Assembly: GCF_018977255.1 (NCBI RefSeq)
Contig: NW_024704742.1
Location: 51,648,001-51,712,000, forward strand
Origin: Callorhinchus milii
Taxonomy: Eukaryota
Direction of reading: 5' to 3'
DNA: 64,000 bases
The translations under genes were made by a program, and so were the position numbers. A model generated the notes under the pieces. The model had not been told where the DNA came from. It ran no database searches and was given only the letters and a program-made list of their open reading frames with translations. Shown piece by piece: positions 49,832 through 61,718 of this stretch; positions within the stretch are counted from its first letter, which is position 1; each line of letters starts with the position of its first letter.

Positions 49832-50259
49832 GAGACCTGTAGCTCAGAGGTTAGAGCACTCATCTCATAAGCGAGAGACCTGGGTTTGATTCCTGGCAGG
49901 AAGAAATGTTCGGCAAGTTTGCTTACTCCACATGCCTCTGTTTACCAAACAGTAAGTAGGAACCCAGTTGTTAGTCGATTGGCAGATCGCTTTTCCGTGG
50001 ATAATAATTCCTTCAAGAAAAAAAATTGGTCACTTCAATCCATGACTGTATGTGGCACAGTGCTGTGCACAATTGGTTGCTGTGTTTCTATCATAAAATA
50101 TACAGTCAATTCATTTTACAGTATATTCTGTGAAGCACTTTGAGACTTCTCAAAGACATGATAAGGAATCACCAAATGGATCGATTTCAAAATCCTCCCA
50201 CTCGTTTTCAAATCCCTTCATGCTCTCCCTATATCAAATGCAAGGATTATTATTATTAT
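49832..50259 (+). mobile_element. long-form SINE with a ~60-bp L2 internal piece in its tail (50167-50229)
   Basis: Head, central segment and tail are present. The insert resembles the reverse complement of 8780-8835. Confidence 0.85.
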
Positions 50260-50324
50260 GAACTTGGACTCCAAGTAATGCCTTCCAATGGCTGTCGCTC
50301 CATGATTTAGAGTGTCCTTATCAG

Positions 50325-50930
50325 CTATCTGATGGGCTTTTTACAGACAGTTGGTGAAGTGCCATCACCTTGACGTTCTGTAAGATCCTCACTGTTCTCT
50401 GTCTTTGTTTCCCCCTCGAGCAATTTTTCGGAACTCAGCAATAATGCCGTTCGCACCTTGCCATTAACAAAGCGCAGCAATGCAGAGTTCACCTCCTCCC
50501 AACCGAATGGGTCATTAAGGCTTTCAATCTGTTCTACACCTCCCGTCAGCTCTTCTATCCAGGCAAAGGGATCTCTGCTACTGCCTGTTGATTCAGATGC
50601 AAAAACTGTACATAATGTTTCCTCCATGGGTACCCTAGTGGGACTTGTAGAACATCAGACTTGTTTAACACTGTCCCAAGCCCAAAGGAGGCCCCTCTAG
50701 CTATGATCAATGACAGACTTTAGCCAGAGGAAGAAAGATTTAGAATCAATCTCGTGTATTTGCACTCCTTTTTTGAGTGATGCAACCCATAGATCCCACT
50801 TTATTTCTCCAATAACCTTCCTGGCTTTGAGCCATGCTTGGTTTGCTCCGAGAGAACTTCCCAAACTGTTTTTGCCCAATAACCCTCCTTCCTTTTGTGG
50901 TTACCTTGACAAGGACAAGGCATCTCTCCT
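50325..50930 (-). mobile_element. possible non-LTR retrotransposon ORF2 linker remnant (unclassified)
   Basis: KW..W......DSKSFF.WLK and LNDPF.WEEV..AL....NGK resemble the endonuclease-RT linker of LINEs. Confidence 0.4.
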
Positions 50931-52849
50931 ACACTAGAGATATTGATACTCAATGATCCATAGAATCATAGAATCATAGAAACTTACAGCACAGAAGAAG
51001 GCCATTTGACCCATTGTGTCTGCGTTAATTAATCCTTGCGACTCAGAGAGACCATTTGAATGGAGATTAAAATATTAAGAGAAGTTTGTAAATTTGTGGA
51101 GTGTTTAAGGATGAGATTGATAAAGCGGTTGAGGAATGGAACATCAGAAGACAGGTTGGTCTGACTGATCTTGCAAAAACATTATATAGGCCAGCTGAAA
51201 AATAGCAGTGGCAAAAGCTTAGGAGAATGCCTTCTCAACCGAGTCGTTGGACGGCTGGAGGGTGGGGTGTAAGAAAATAAAAACCTTCAGACCAAAGTAC
51301 AGTGGAACTGTTTAATTGCCGAGTTGTTCCAGATCTAAAAATAATATGTCTTCACAAAATAACACATAAGATATTTTTCAATTATTTTCTGAACTAATAT
51401 TTGGGAAAAATTTAAGAATTGGGCTTTTCCCAAACTACTGAGTGTAGAGCTCCATCAGGCTGTCTCATTTGAAATTATAATGCTACTGACATTTTTTGTT
51501 GCGACTTCAAAATGTGTATTCTGGCCTTGGGGTAAAGTGTAAATTTGACAGCAATAAATATAGGGAGTATTGTGTGAACATGTGCAAGTGACTTCGTATT
51601 CTACCAAGAGCTGTTGTCACTATTTTTATTTGCTCATTAAGCATATGAAGGGCAGGATTCAACAAGCCTGTTCCTTCAACCTTGTTTCTCTGGCTTCCAT
51701 ACATTTCCTCCAGCTATTGCTAATTTAGAGAGCAGAATTGGATTGTAACAACAGCATAATGCTTACTGTATAGATAGGTCAGCTCAAGGGAGACATTGCT
51801 TATTTATAAATCGGAGCTAAATCTGACCCTGCCTCACCTATGATTTAAGTACATATTTGCACTATTCAGCAGGGATTATAGCTGAGTTCAACAAATTCAT
51901 CAAATAATAGAATTTGAACTGTGACCTGTTTTGCAAGGCTTAGTGTCAAACTACTTGGTAGCTCTCGTCTCTTTTTTGATCTTTTTGATAAAGGCAAAGG
52001 AGACTCATTGCTGATGGTCTTTTAATATGTGTGCATTACTGGTGAGTTAATAGTAGAAAAAATGCTGGCATGAGCATTACAAAAGGATTAATCTTAACAC
52101 CCATTAATCTGCCTTTTTCACGTTAGATAGAAAATTAGAAAATGTTGTTTAATGGCCAGTTTAGTTTTTTTTGTACTGGGCATAATTCAATTTGACATGC
52201 AGAACTTCATCTTGTTTCGGCATTGCAGATCCACATCCTGCCACATGCAAGAGAAAGGCTGTTCAGGTGGGTGTTAAAAATGGCTCTATTTAAAAAAAGA
52301 TTTTTTCCTGGTGTCTGGGTCAATAATCAGATGAGCCACGTGAAGAGCAATTACGATTTGAGCGCTTTGAGATTTATGTGGCACTAAACCAAATGTAAGA
52401 ATTATGATTATTAAAGCCACAGATTGCTTCCCAATTGTATTCCATGATCTTTACTTCATTCCCCTCTCCAGAGCATTCTGTTGCTTAGTCCCTTTGGATC
52501 AGAGAGACCACAACACAAGTTGGCAGATACTGGATTTGTATGGCAGAAAGCAGCAGTGGGTAAATTCAGCCTTACCCCTGTTTGATTCTGCTGAGCTCAG
52601 ATCTTGGATCATGCTCCGGTTCCAATCTTGAGCTCTGCTCAGGTTCTGACCTCTGATCCTTTCTAACTCCAAATTATTTTTGCAGGGTAGTTTAAAGATA
52701 CTGGGAACACTCAGCATATAATGAGAATTTTTTAATTAATTGCATTATTGAGGTTAATGGTAGCACTGTGGATGTTGTGTCGGCTAGTTGCATTCAATTA
52801 TTGTTGATGTCTGTAACCACTCACATTGTTGGATTCTGGCAGCGAGATG

Positions 52850-53880
52850 GGTGCAGCAGAAATTGCTGGATATCTTTTTGTGGAGGAGGAAGAGTAGCAG
52901 CAGGCAAGGCAAAGAAATCTCCATCATAGGCTGACAACAGGAGGCAGAAACTACCCTAGGCAGCGCCTTTACAGGAACAGGGTGAGCTACTACAGCTGAG
53001 TGAACAATAATGTTTGAGGCAGCTAAGGCTGTCAAGGGAGGTTGTGAGTGAACTAATGGAGCTGGTACAGACTGACATTCAGCGAAGGTCAACAGTGAGC
53101 ACATCACTGCCTCCAGCTGTGAAAATTACAATTGGTTGAATGTTTATGCCAATGGCCCTTTCCAGGCTCCAATAGGGGACATTTCCCAGAACAGACAAGC
53201 ACAACACCTGCATCAGCATCACTTTTTCAATATTGCTGGGTTTCCACATGTTTCCGCACGATCATTGATTGTACTCATCTAATCCTTAGAGCCCACCCAG
53301 TAATGCCTTGACATACTATAATTGTAAGGGTGACATTCACTAAATGGTCAAATTTTGTGTGACTATGAAGTGTGCATAATGCCTGTGAATGCCAGGTATC
53401 CTGATGGGACCCATGATATTTTTGTTTTTCAGGCATCCTCCATCCTAGATATGTTTGAAAGGGAAGAGGGCCTGGACGGATGGCTCTTGAAGAATTTGAG
53501 CTATACCCTGCAGCCATGGTTAATAATCTCTGATTGATCCCTGTTCAGTTGCAGAGCATAATTATAACCAGGCCCAAACCCGTACCAGAGCTCTCATGAC
53601 GGACACATTTGGTGTTTTGAAACAGTGATTCAGTTGTTTAGATCAGTCCAGGGCCCTTTACAATACAATCCCAATAAAGTCTCCAAAATAATCATAGTGG
53701 GCTGCATGCTCCATAACTTGGCCATTGGCAGAGGTTTGACCCTGCAGTTGGAGAAGGAAGTGCAGCAGGCCATGGTGGACCAATGAGATACGGCAGTGAA
53801 GAAGCCACTTGAGGATGATCTGCTGGCCAGGTTGGTCCGGGGGGACCTTATTGACCATTTTGTTTCCATGATTATGGTGG
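52850..53880 (+). pseudogene. PIF/Harbinger (HARBI1-like) transposase fossil
   Basis: Frame-broken YPRQRLYR..SY, CLRQLRLS, SLPPAVK, A.G.FQ...GD, IAGFP.V...IDCTH, YYNCKG.HSLN.Q..CD, VNARYP..THD, GWLL, YN....TR...FGVLK.F.CL and IIVGCMLHNLA. Confidence 0.9.
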
Positions 53881-54589
53881 TTGGATAAAGTACTTGCCCA
53901 ATTATTTTGAATGGGTGCTCAAACATTTTCTTTGAAGTTTATTTGTGTTTATATTTTGTTTTTTGTCTATAGTTTACTTCACTTTTATATTTGCTTTCAA
54001 TATTCATCACACATGTAATCATTGTTTGAATCAAAATAAAGAACTCTGAAGTGATTTTTATTTGTCAAACAATTGGTAATCTCGGTAAACACTATGAGTT
54101 GTGAGTATTATAGTAATATTCTGTGTGTTTCTTGCAACTTTCCATGCTCTGCTGCTACACCATAATGCAATCCTGCATTGGAAGGTATATTGGTATGGTA
54201 CGGGTAATGTTTCATCTGTTGTTTCTCCATAGGATGCAGAAGTCCAGTGTCAATTCTGGCGGCTCCAAGCTACCTACCTTTTCAACCATGTTTTGACCAC
54301 CTTTTCTAGATGGGCTGAAAGCCTGCCTGTCAATGATAGGGTGGATAGGGCAGGTGACATGAAGGAAGCCATCGTCTGCTAAATGAAGGGGGCAGCTGCG
54401 TTGATAGGATTTGTGGAGATTGCAGATGTAGGTGTGGTAACACCATGGAGGGATTTAAAGGTGAGAATGAGGATAGTCACTATTTGGTCATTTAATAGCT
54501 GACAAGTGCATGTTTTGAGTGAAAGAGGTTGTCTCTGTGTTGCAGCATTGCTTCTATGAGGATCCACTGTGCTATCATTGAATGATGCT

Positions 54590-54895
54590 AATAATAATAA
54601 TAATCCTTGCATTTGATATAGCACTTTTCACGTCTTCTCGACGTCTCAAAGCGCTTCACAGAATATGCTGTAAAGTGAATTGACCGTATATTTATGGGTG
54701 AAACAGGGCAGCCAATTGCGCACAGCAGTGTTCCACAAACAGTCGTGGATTGAAAATGACCAATTTTTGTTTTGTAGGAATTATTATTAGGCGTGTGGAG
54801 TAAGGAAACTTGCCCAAGGTTTCGCCCTGCCTGGAATTGAACTCAGGTGTCTCGCTTGCAAGGCGAGTGCTCTAACCACTGAGCCACAGGACTCC
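54590..54895 (-). mobile_element. tRNA-derived SINE (short form, older tail)
   Basis: Complete head to tail. Confidence 0.93.
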
Positions 54896-55892
54896 ATGTA
54901 CAGTACTAGGAAATATTTCAAGGGTATTTGATAAATAAGTTATAACTTCATATAGGTTACTGGAATGGCTTCATTTTGAATATTTTGGGCACCCAACCTT
55001 CAAAAAAGAAATTAAAGCTTCTGAAAGGTTCAGAAAAAAGCAACAATGATGATTCCAGTACTTAACCCTCTCGATTATCGAAGCATATTTCTGCAATTTA
55101 ACTTGTTCTTACAAGAGAATCCTGAACCAGATACTGAGTTGAAAGGATAATGTCAATGTAAAAATGTAAGATGAGGCAGATGTTTGGAAAATTCTTCAAT
55201 TCAGCACTAATTTTGTTTTTTTTGTTTTGTCTCAGTTCTTCAAAAAGGAAAATTAACCCAAAGATTTTAACTCTTAAATTAAGCCACTGTCAAAATGTTT
55301 ATTTTGCCAATTATGGACCATTTCACAATGATTCAGAAACAGTTATTAGGTTTTTTGATTCGTGATATATTCCCATAATATCAAAACACCTGAAAGAGCT
55401 TCACAGATTAATACTGCTAACTGCAGTGACTATTTATAAGCAAATAGAATAGATATCCGTTCATTATTTGACCAGACGTGTGAGTCCTTCACAGCTTGAC
55501 AGGTTTACAATACATCGGATGATACAAAGTATTTAACCAGCAACACTGAGCAGTTATAGACCATGAAAACAATGTAGTTATCTGATAATGTATTACAACT
55601 GAAAGACAATTTTACTACAAGTATATTTTTTATTTTGATACCAGTCTGCTGACAGTGTCACTAATGTTTTTTACATTATTTTACTGCACGCAAACAAAGT
55701 TTTCAGCATTAAAAGTCAAGTTATGAAATGGCTAAACATGTATTGTTACAAAACGTTAAGTTTTAGAATTCAAGCCAAATATTCACTACTCACTACCTCT
55801 TTAATAATTCTTCTCATGTCTGCTGTGCAACTTTAATCCGTCCATGAGTAAGTTTTTTTTCAGCGTAAAACTGCAGCTTTCAAAATTGTTCT

Positions 55893-56040
55893 ATGGTAAA
55901 GCCACTGAAGAGTGTGAAACTGAGTCTACAAAAAAAAACGGAAAGATTCCAATTTGATCCCTTTTCTATGCTGAGTTTGCGTTCTTAATCGGGATAGCAG
56001 TGAAGACATTGCAATTGCGCTTAACAATCATGATCAGGCT
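55893..56040 (+). mobile_element. ancient AmnSINE2-like SINE fragment; related pieces at about 51810-51960 (-) and 45645-45705 (+)
   Basis: ACTGAGTC..GGAAAGATTCCAATTTGATCCC..TCTATGCTGAGTT..GCAGT..TGCAATTG follows the motif order of the recalled AmnSINE2 consensus. Confidence 0.5.
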
Positions 56041-56200
56041 GATTTATTTCCTCACCCAGCCCAGGGCATTGAGATAATTGTAGTGATCTTACTCCTTCCT
56101 TGAATGAAATCAATTTTCTCAGCCCATAGTCACAGTTAATTTCAGACATTCTACATCTGTATAGCTGTTTCACACCAGGTCCTGCCTTTTCCACCTAAAC

Positions 56201-56601
56201 CAGCATGGTCCAACAGGCAGCCCGCGGACCACGTCCAGCCCGGTGGGTGATTTTATCCGGGCCGAGATCATTTCCAACATTCCAACACCCGCTCCCTCCC
56301 TCCCTGGTGAACGTCCATCTTTGGCAGCGACAGGAGCTGGTGGTTGGGAGGAACGCAGAGTGGAGAGTGGAAATGATACCGGCCTTTGCTGCAGTCAGTC
56401 AAGAAGGCAAGTGCGTCTCTTACCAACCGTGTCCTTAGCAACTTAGCCCTGTCACTGCAGATAGTGAGCCACGGCAATGTTGGAAATGCTCTCGGGCTGG
56501 ATAAGATCTCCAGCCAGGCCCAATGTGGCCCGCGGGCCTCCAGCTGGCCTTTCTCAAATAGGGAATCCAACCCGTGGCAGCCAAAAGGTTGGACCACCCT
56601 G
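56201..56601. mobile_element. non-autonomous hAT (Charlie-type) DNA transposon / MITE, 401 bp
   Basis: TIRs CAGCATGGTCCAAC and GTTGGACCACCCTG, 8-bp TSD ACCTAAAC / ACCCAAAC, and subterminal GCCCGCGG motifs. Confidence 0.88.
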
Positions 56602-58596
56602 ACCCAAACCATCACGGGAGCTGGACAAGTATTATTATCTGAGGTTCTTGTAGTTTACAACTCAGTTTTATAAGTATTAAAGAATAAAGTTTGGATCAAC
56701 AGATCTATAAAAGCACCAAAACATTGCATTCAAACTCTGCTAAATATACGTAGAAAGGAATAACTCATCAATAATTTCTAATTGCGGTGCACAAGCTTTA
56801 CGCTTTTTTTAATCCTTTGTGAGTATTCATGTAAAGGTTGCAATTTCTCAACCACCATAGTTACTCTGTTCCAAGACAATGTAGCTATCATCTCACAGAA
56901 AGTTACTTCAATTCCATTAATTTGAAGAAAATAGTGGTTGGCATTAATAAAACTATCTTTAATCTTAACTGTTGAGTCAGAAATACTTTTGTGATCCAGG
57001 TTTCATAATTCATCAAGTTGATGGCATTGTTCACAGCAGTATGAGGCAAGAGTTTTATACAGTCTCGTGCCCAATAAATTAACTGCAATTAAGTTGTATG
57101 TTTTGAAATGGAAGTCGCAATTGCCATTTTCTGGAGTTAAAAGGCTCTGTCAGTTAACAGACCCATCATAATGATTTAAAAAGCATTTAATAGCTCTAGG
57201 ATGAACAGCACAAAGGGGAAAATAAATGACACTTAGAAATACCATTGAAAAAATGTGATTATCAGTCAGTAGCACAATAGGGTTGTGGAAATATTTATGC
57301 ATTTTATAACAAATCTAAATACTGCAAGATACCATTTTTTAAAAATCTCATATGTATGTCCTTAAAATTTGCCAATAGCAATTTTTTAATTTTATATATA
57401 CACATCTGGTTCTAATCTGCCCTCACCATATGCTCTGTTGTTATATGCAGCACTGTCACAATGTTGCAGTGTCAGAAAACAAGCTGAGGGTAATTGTATT
57501 GTTATTGTCCAGAAATGTATCATATTTCAACAAAAACGTAGGAATTCTGATTGCAATGGCATCAAAGCTGTTTGTAGGTTTCACTGGCAGATGAAGCTAA
57601 TCTGTATTTGGCATGAGCGTGACATACCGCAATCAGAAAATCACTGGGTCACACGTATAGGTTTCAGATACTGGCCTCAGGCTATATTTAGTAAATGATC
57701 TTACTGCATTCAAAACCGTGAATTTTGAAACTTGTCGTTTTCTATATGTACACAGAGAAAGGAGAGCTGCTTTGTCACTTTACTAGTGGAAGCTCAGCAA
57801 CTGCAATATAGAAACAGGAGAAGGCTATTCAGCCCCTCGAGCCTCATAGCTGATCTGTACCTCAATTACCCATCCTTGCCCTGTATAACATAATGATTGA
57901 TGGTGAGGACTATTATGCACCATTTGAAAACAGATGAGGACAAAGGTAATTACAAGAGACCTTAATTATATTGGTTAACAATAACCCATCGGCAACACAA
58001 GCTTTTTACAATGGGGGAATGGGTGAAGTCCGAGGTCGGGTGGGCAAAATCCCAATTAAAGATGCTGGCTGGCGTGCTCACCACGCTCCTTTGAAGCATC
58101 CATCCTCACCATCGACCACAGCATCTTCTGGGTGAAATCGACAGCAGGGGACTCACAGCGCTTGTGATTATAAACCTTGTGATGTTATGATTTGTGCTCT
58201 TAAATACAAAGTGACATCATTCACAGAAAGGGTGTCTCTTGCAAGTAAGAATAAGGTTTTGATTTTAACACAATAGTAGAACATGTCTGCAAGTGGCAAC
58301 TCCACCCGTGGAGTCCTGTAGCTCAGTGGTTAGGGATCTCGCCTTGCAAGCGAGAGACCTGGGTTCGATCCCTGGCAGGGCAAAACGTTGGGCAAGTTTC
58401 CTTACTCCTCTGTTTACCTAGCAGTAAGTAGGAACCCAATTGTTAGTCAATTGGCGGATCGCTTTTCCGGTGGTAATAATCCCTTTTAAAAAAAATTTGG
58501 TAACTCAATTCATGACTGTTTGTCGGACACTGCTGTGCGCAATTGGCTGTCGTGTTGCGCCAACAAAATATACAAGCAAATCACTTTACAGTAGAT

Positions 58597-59436
58597 CCCG
58601 GAGGATCCCAACTCTCCGCACTCTTCAAGCTGGAGGTGGGGGGTCCGGGGACAACACAGATGATGGAGGTCGGACCCGCCTGTCTGAGCTTTGAGCTGCC
58701 GATGACCACCTGCTCGGGCCTCGCCATCCGATTTCTCCGCGTCTCCGGCCTCCAAGCCCCACATCGCTGGGTCAGGTACCTCACACACAGCCAGTCCTAC
58801 ATGGTGAGACTGTGAAGGGTGGGGGGGGGGGGTGTAGAGAGAAAGGGAGGAGGGAGAGAGTGGGGGGGAAAGTGGGGGAGAGAGAGAGAGAGAGACAGAG
58901 TGGGGGGGGGAGGAGGGGGGAGAGAGAGTGGGGGGAAGTGGGGGAGAGAGAGAGGAGAGACAGAGTGGGGGGGGGGAGAGAGGGGGAGAGAGAGTGGGGG
59001 GGAAGTGGGGGAGAGAGAGAGAGAGACAGAGGGGGAGAGGGGAGAGAGGGTGGGGGGAGAGAGAGGGGGTGGGAGGGGGAGAGAGAGCGAGGTGGTGGGG
59101 AGAGAGAGCGCGGGGAGGGGGGGATGAAGCGAACCCAGCCCTGTATCCCGTCCCCACCTTCCCTCCCTCCCTCCTCTCCCGTTGTCAGTGTGGGGTGAGG
59201 GAGTTGGTAGTGGGCGGGTGGGGAGTCCAGGGTGTGAGGTGGGGGAGGCTGGGGGTCAGGGCCAGGCTGTGTGTGGGGGTCGCTGTGGGTAGTGGAGGGA
59301 TTGACGGACGGTGTGAAGCCGTGAACAGAAAGGCCAGCGATGTTCCCCCCCCCACCCCCACAGGCCGGAGACAGGACCCTCATCACATCACAGGAACCCC
59401 CCCCCCCAGGCTGTCAGTCTGTGACTGTCTGTCAGT
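58597..59436 (+). pseudogene. AP4M1: 5'-truncated processed retrocopy of AP-4 complex subunit mu-1: last ~72 codons (stop at 58813-58815) plus putative 3' UTR
   Basis: PGGSQLSALFKLEV...EVGPACLSFELP..TCSGLAIRFLR...HRWVRYLTHSQSYMVRL* matches the AP4M1 C-terminus (human [50 protein letters not shown]). It runs uninterrupted across the position of the last human intron (after LFQ, here 58629/58630). Confidence 0.9.
58816..59125. repeat. purine-rich (G/GA)n low-complexity tract
   Basis: Directly visible, immediately after the AP4M1 stop codon. Confidence 0.9.
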
Positions 59437-59757
59437 GGAGTCCTGTAGCTCAGTGGTTAGAGCACTCGCTTTGCAAGCGAGAGACCTGAGTTCAATTCCA
59501 GGCAGAGGGCAAAACCTTGGGCAAGTTTCCTTACTCCACACAGAGCCTAATAATAATCCCTCCAAAACCAAAAACAATAATAAATTGGTCATTTTCAATC
59601 TACGACAGTTTGTGGGACATTGCTGTGCGCAATTGGCTGCCGCGTTCGCCCACAAATATACAGTCAATTCACTTTACAGTGTGTTCTGTGAAGCGCTTTG
59701 GGACGTCCTCCCGACGTGAAAAGCGCTATATCAAATGCGAGGATTATTATTATTATT
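59437..59757 (+). mobile_element. young tRNA-Ala-derived SINE terminating the AP4M1 insert
   Basis: Near-identical to 23575-23897; L2-matching stem-loop and (TAT)n tail. Confidence 0.95.
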
Positions 59758-60676
59758 CTGTGAAGCGCTTTGAGACGTCTCAAAGACATGAAAAGATGCT
59801 ATATCAAATCCAAGGATTATTATTATTAGTAGTAGTAGTGTCCTGCAGATCTACAAACCCATCTGGCTCAGGAGATTGACTACCAAGTTAAATTAATTGC
59901 TAGTTGGCAATCCTAAATTGTTCTGAATAAGGTCAAATTTTGAATATCTGGACTAACTGTTCATATTCCAAAGTTTTAGGTATATCTATCACTTTGATGT
60001 CATAAAATCAATAAAGTTACATAACAGACAACATGAAAAATAGCCATGCTGTTTCACAACTTTCAACTCTGCATGATGTTCTCATTCCATTAGAAGTGAC
60101 GCTGTGATTTTTTTGTACATTACCATCATTCCCCACAAGACTCGGGAGATTAGAGCAAAACCATCAAGGATACACAAATATTAGATCTTGTGCAAGGGAA
60201 AAACATTTCCAGTCAGCAAACTGTAAGGGATTTCAATAAGGGTACAGGTCATCAGGAATCAATTAGGAGAAGACAAAGAGCATTGTCAGGATAGAATGAA
60301 ATTGTAACCTGTTATGTGATAATTATCACTGGTGATAATTAACGTATTAAAGGCATGTCCAGCTAAGGTCAATTGGTAGCACTCTCACCTCAGAGTCACT
60401 TTATGGGTTCAAGCCCCTCATCAGGACATTGAACTCACTCTAGGCTGACAGTCATATTCAGTGCTGGAGGTGCACTGTATTTTTGGAAGTGCTGTCATTT
60501 GGATGAGCTGTTAAACCAACATCCCATCTGTGCCTGTTTAGGTGGATGTTTAAGCATCTCATGGCACTACACGAGAAAACAAAGAAGATTTTTTCCAGTG
60601 TCCTGGCCAACAATTCTACCAGATAAAATTGCTGTCTCCAAATATGAGAGGCTCTATATCCAATACAAGGACCATC

Positions 60677-61575
60677 AAAACACAAAATACTGCAGATGCT
60701 GGAAATCTGAAACAAAAACAGAAGCCCCGGGAACACTCAACAGATCAGGCAGCATCTATAGAGAAAGGAAAATGAATTAATGTTTTGGGTCCATGACCCT
60801 TCGTCAGAACTGGGGCATGTTGAGAGGGAGAGGCTTTTAAGGGCTAACAGAGAGTGGGGAGGCAGGGCAAGGAAGATAAAGGAGAAAATGGGGGTAGAGG
60901 ATAGGGGATGATGGGTTAAAGAGGTGTTAATGATGCAAATTAAAAGGGGGGAAATTGCAACAAAATAGGCAGACCAGAGAGAGAAAAGTTGTGTCTGGGA
61001 CCCAGATGATGTGGTAGTGGTCACAGAAGAGGGGGAAGGTGAGCTTTTATGGTCTGAATTTGTTGAAATCAGTATTGAGGCCAGAGGGCTGTAAGGTCCC
61101 TAGCAGATAAATGAGGTGCTGTCCCTTGAGCTGTGGCCTATTGGAACAGCTTAGGAGACCGTGGATGGAGAGGTGCGAGTGGGAGGAAGAGTTGAACTGG
61201 CAAGAAACCGGAAGCTCAGGGTTGCGCTTGCAGACAGAACGGAGATGTTCAGCAAATCAGTCGCCCAATCTGCATTTCGTTTCCCCAATGTGGAGGAGAC
61301 CACATCAAGCTGTGAATGCAGTAAACTACATTGGTGGTCGTACACGTAAATCACTATCTCACTTGAAAACTGTGTTTGGGGCCCTGGACAGTGGTATGGG
61401 AGGAGGTGAAAGGGCAGATATTCCATCTCCTGTGCTGGCATGGGAAGGTGCTGGGGGGAGGAGAAGAACTGTTGGTGGTGATGGAGGAATGAACCAGGGA
61501 GTCACGGAGGGAACGGTCCCTTTGGAATGCTGGGAGGGGAGGGAAAGATATGTTTAATGGACCACTGGCAAAAAT
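60677..61575 (-). mobile_element. Penelope-like element 3' fragment (GIY-YIG endonuclease + terminal repeat)
   Basis: Minus strand reads AFQRDRSLRDSLV, LHIGETKCRLGD*FAEHLRSV..PELPV..FNS..HS and LGTLQP.GLN.DF. The terminal repeat is at 60677-60812. Confidence 0.88.
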
Positions 61576-61618
61576 TGCAGTCAAGCTGATCATTGGGGCT
61601 CAAAACGTTTGTCAACTT

Positions 61619-61718
61619 CAGTTCTGACGAAGGGTCGTGGACCCGAAATGTTTTCTCACTTTCCTTTCTCCATAGATACTGCTTGATCTGCTGAATTTTC
61701 CAGCTCTCTCTGTTTTTG
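61619..61718 (+). mobile_element. Penelope terminal-repeat copy, inverted relative to 60710-60812
   Basis: CAGTTCTGACGAAGGGTC..GGACCC...TTTCTCCATAGATACTGC.TGATCTG.TGA is the reverse complement of the left repeat. It is flanked by the direct repeat TTTGTCAACTTC. Confidence 0.8.

Larger units (their letters stand above)
58310..59830 (+). mobile_element. older long-form SINE split by a 1.16-kb insertion (SINE parts 58310-58593 and ~59754-59830)
   Basis: CACTTTACAGTA and TATTCTGTGAAGCGCTTTGAG rejoin into the family consensus across the insert. Confidence 0.9.

Noticed and set aside
58543..58815. AP4M1 as a genuine last exon of a resident gene
   Set aside because: The bases before the expected acceptor encode the previous exon's residues (GGSQLSALFK). 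The segment sits inside a split SINE, and I found no other AP4M1 exons.
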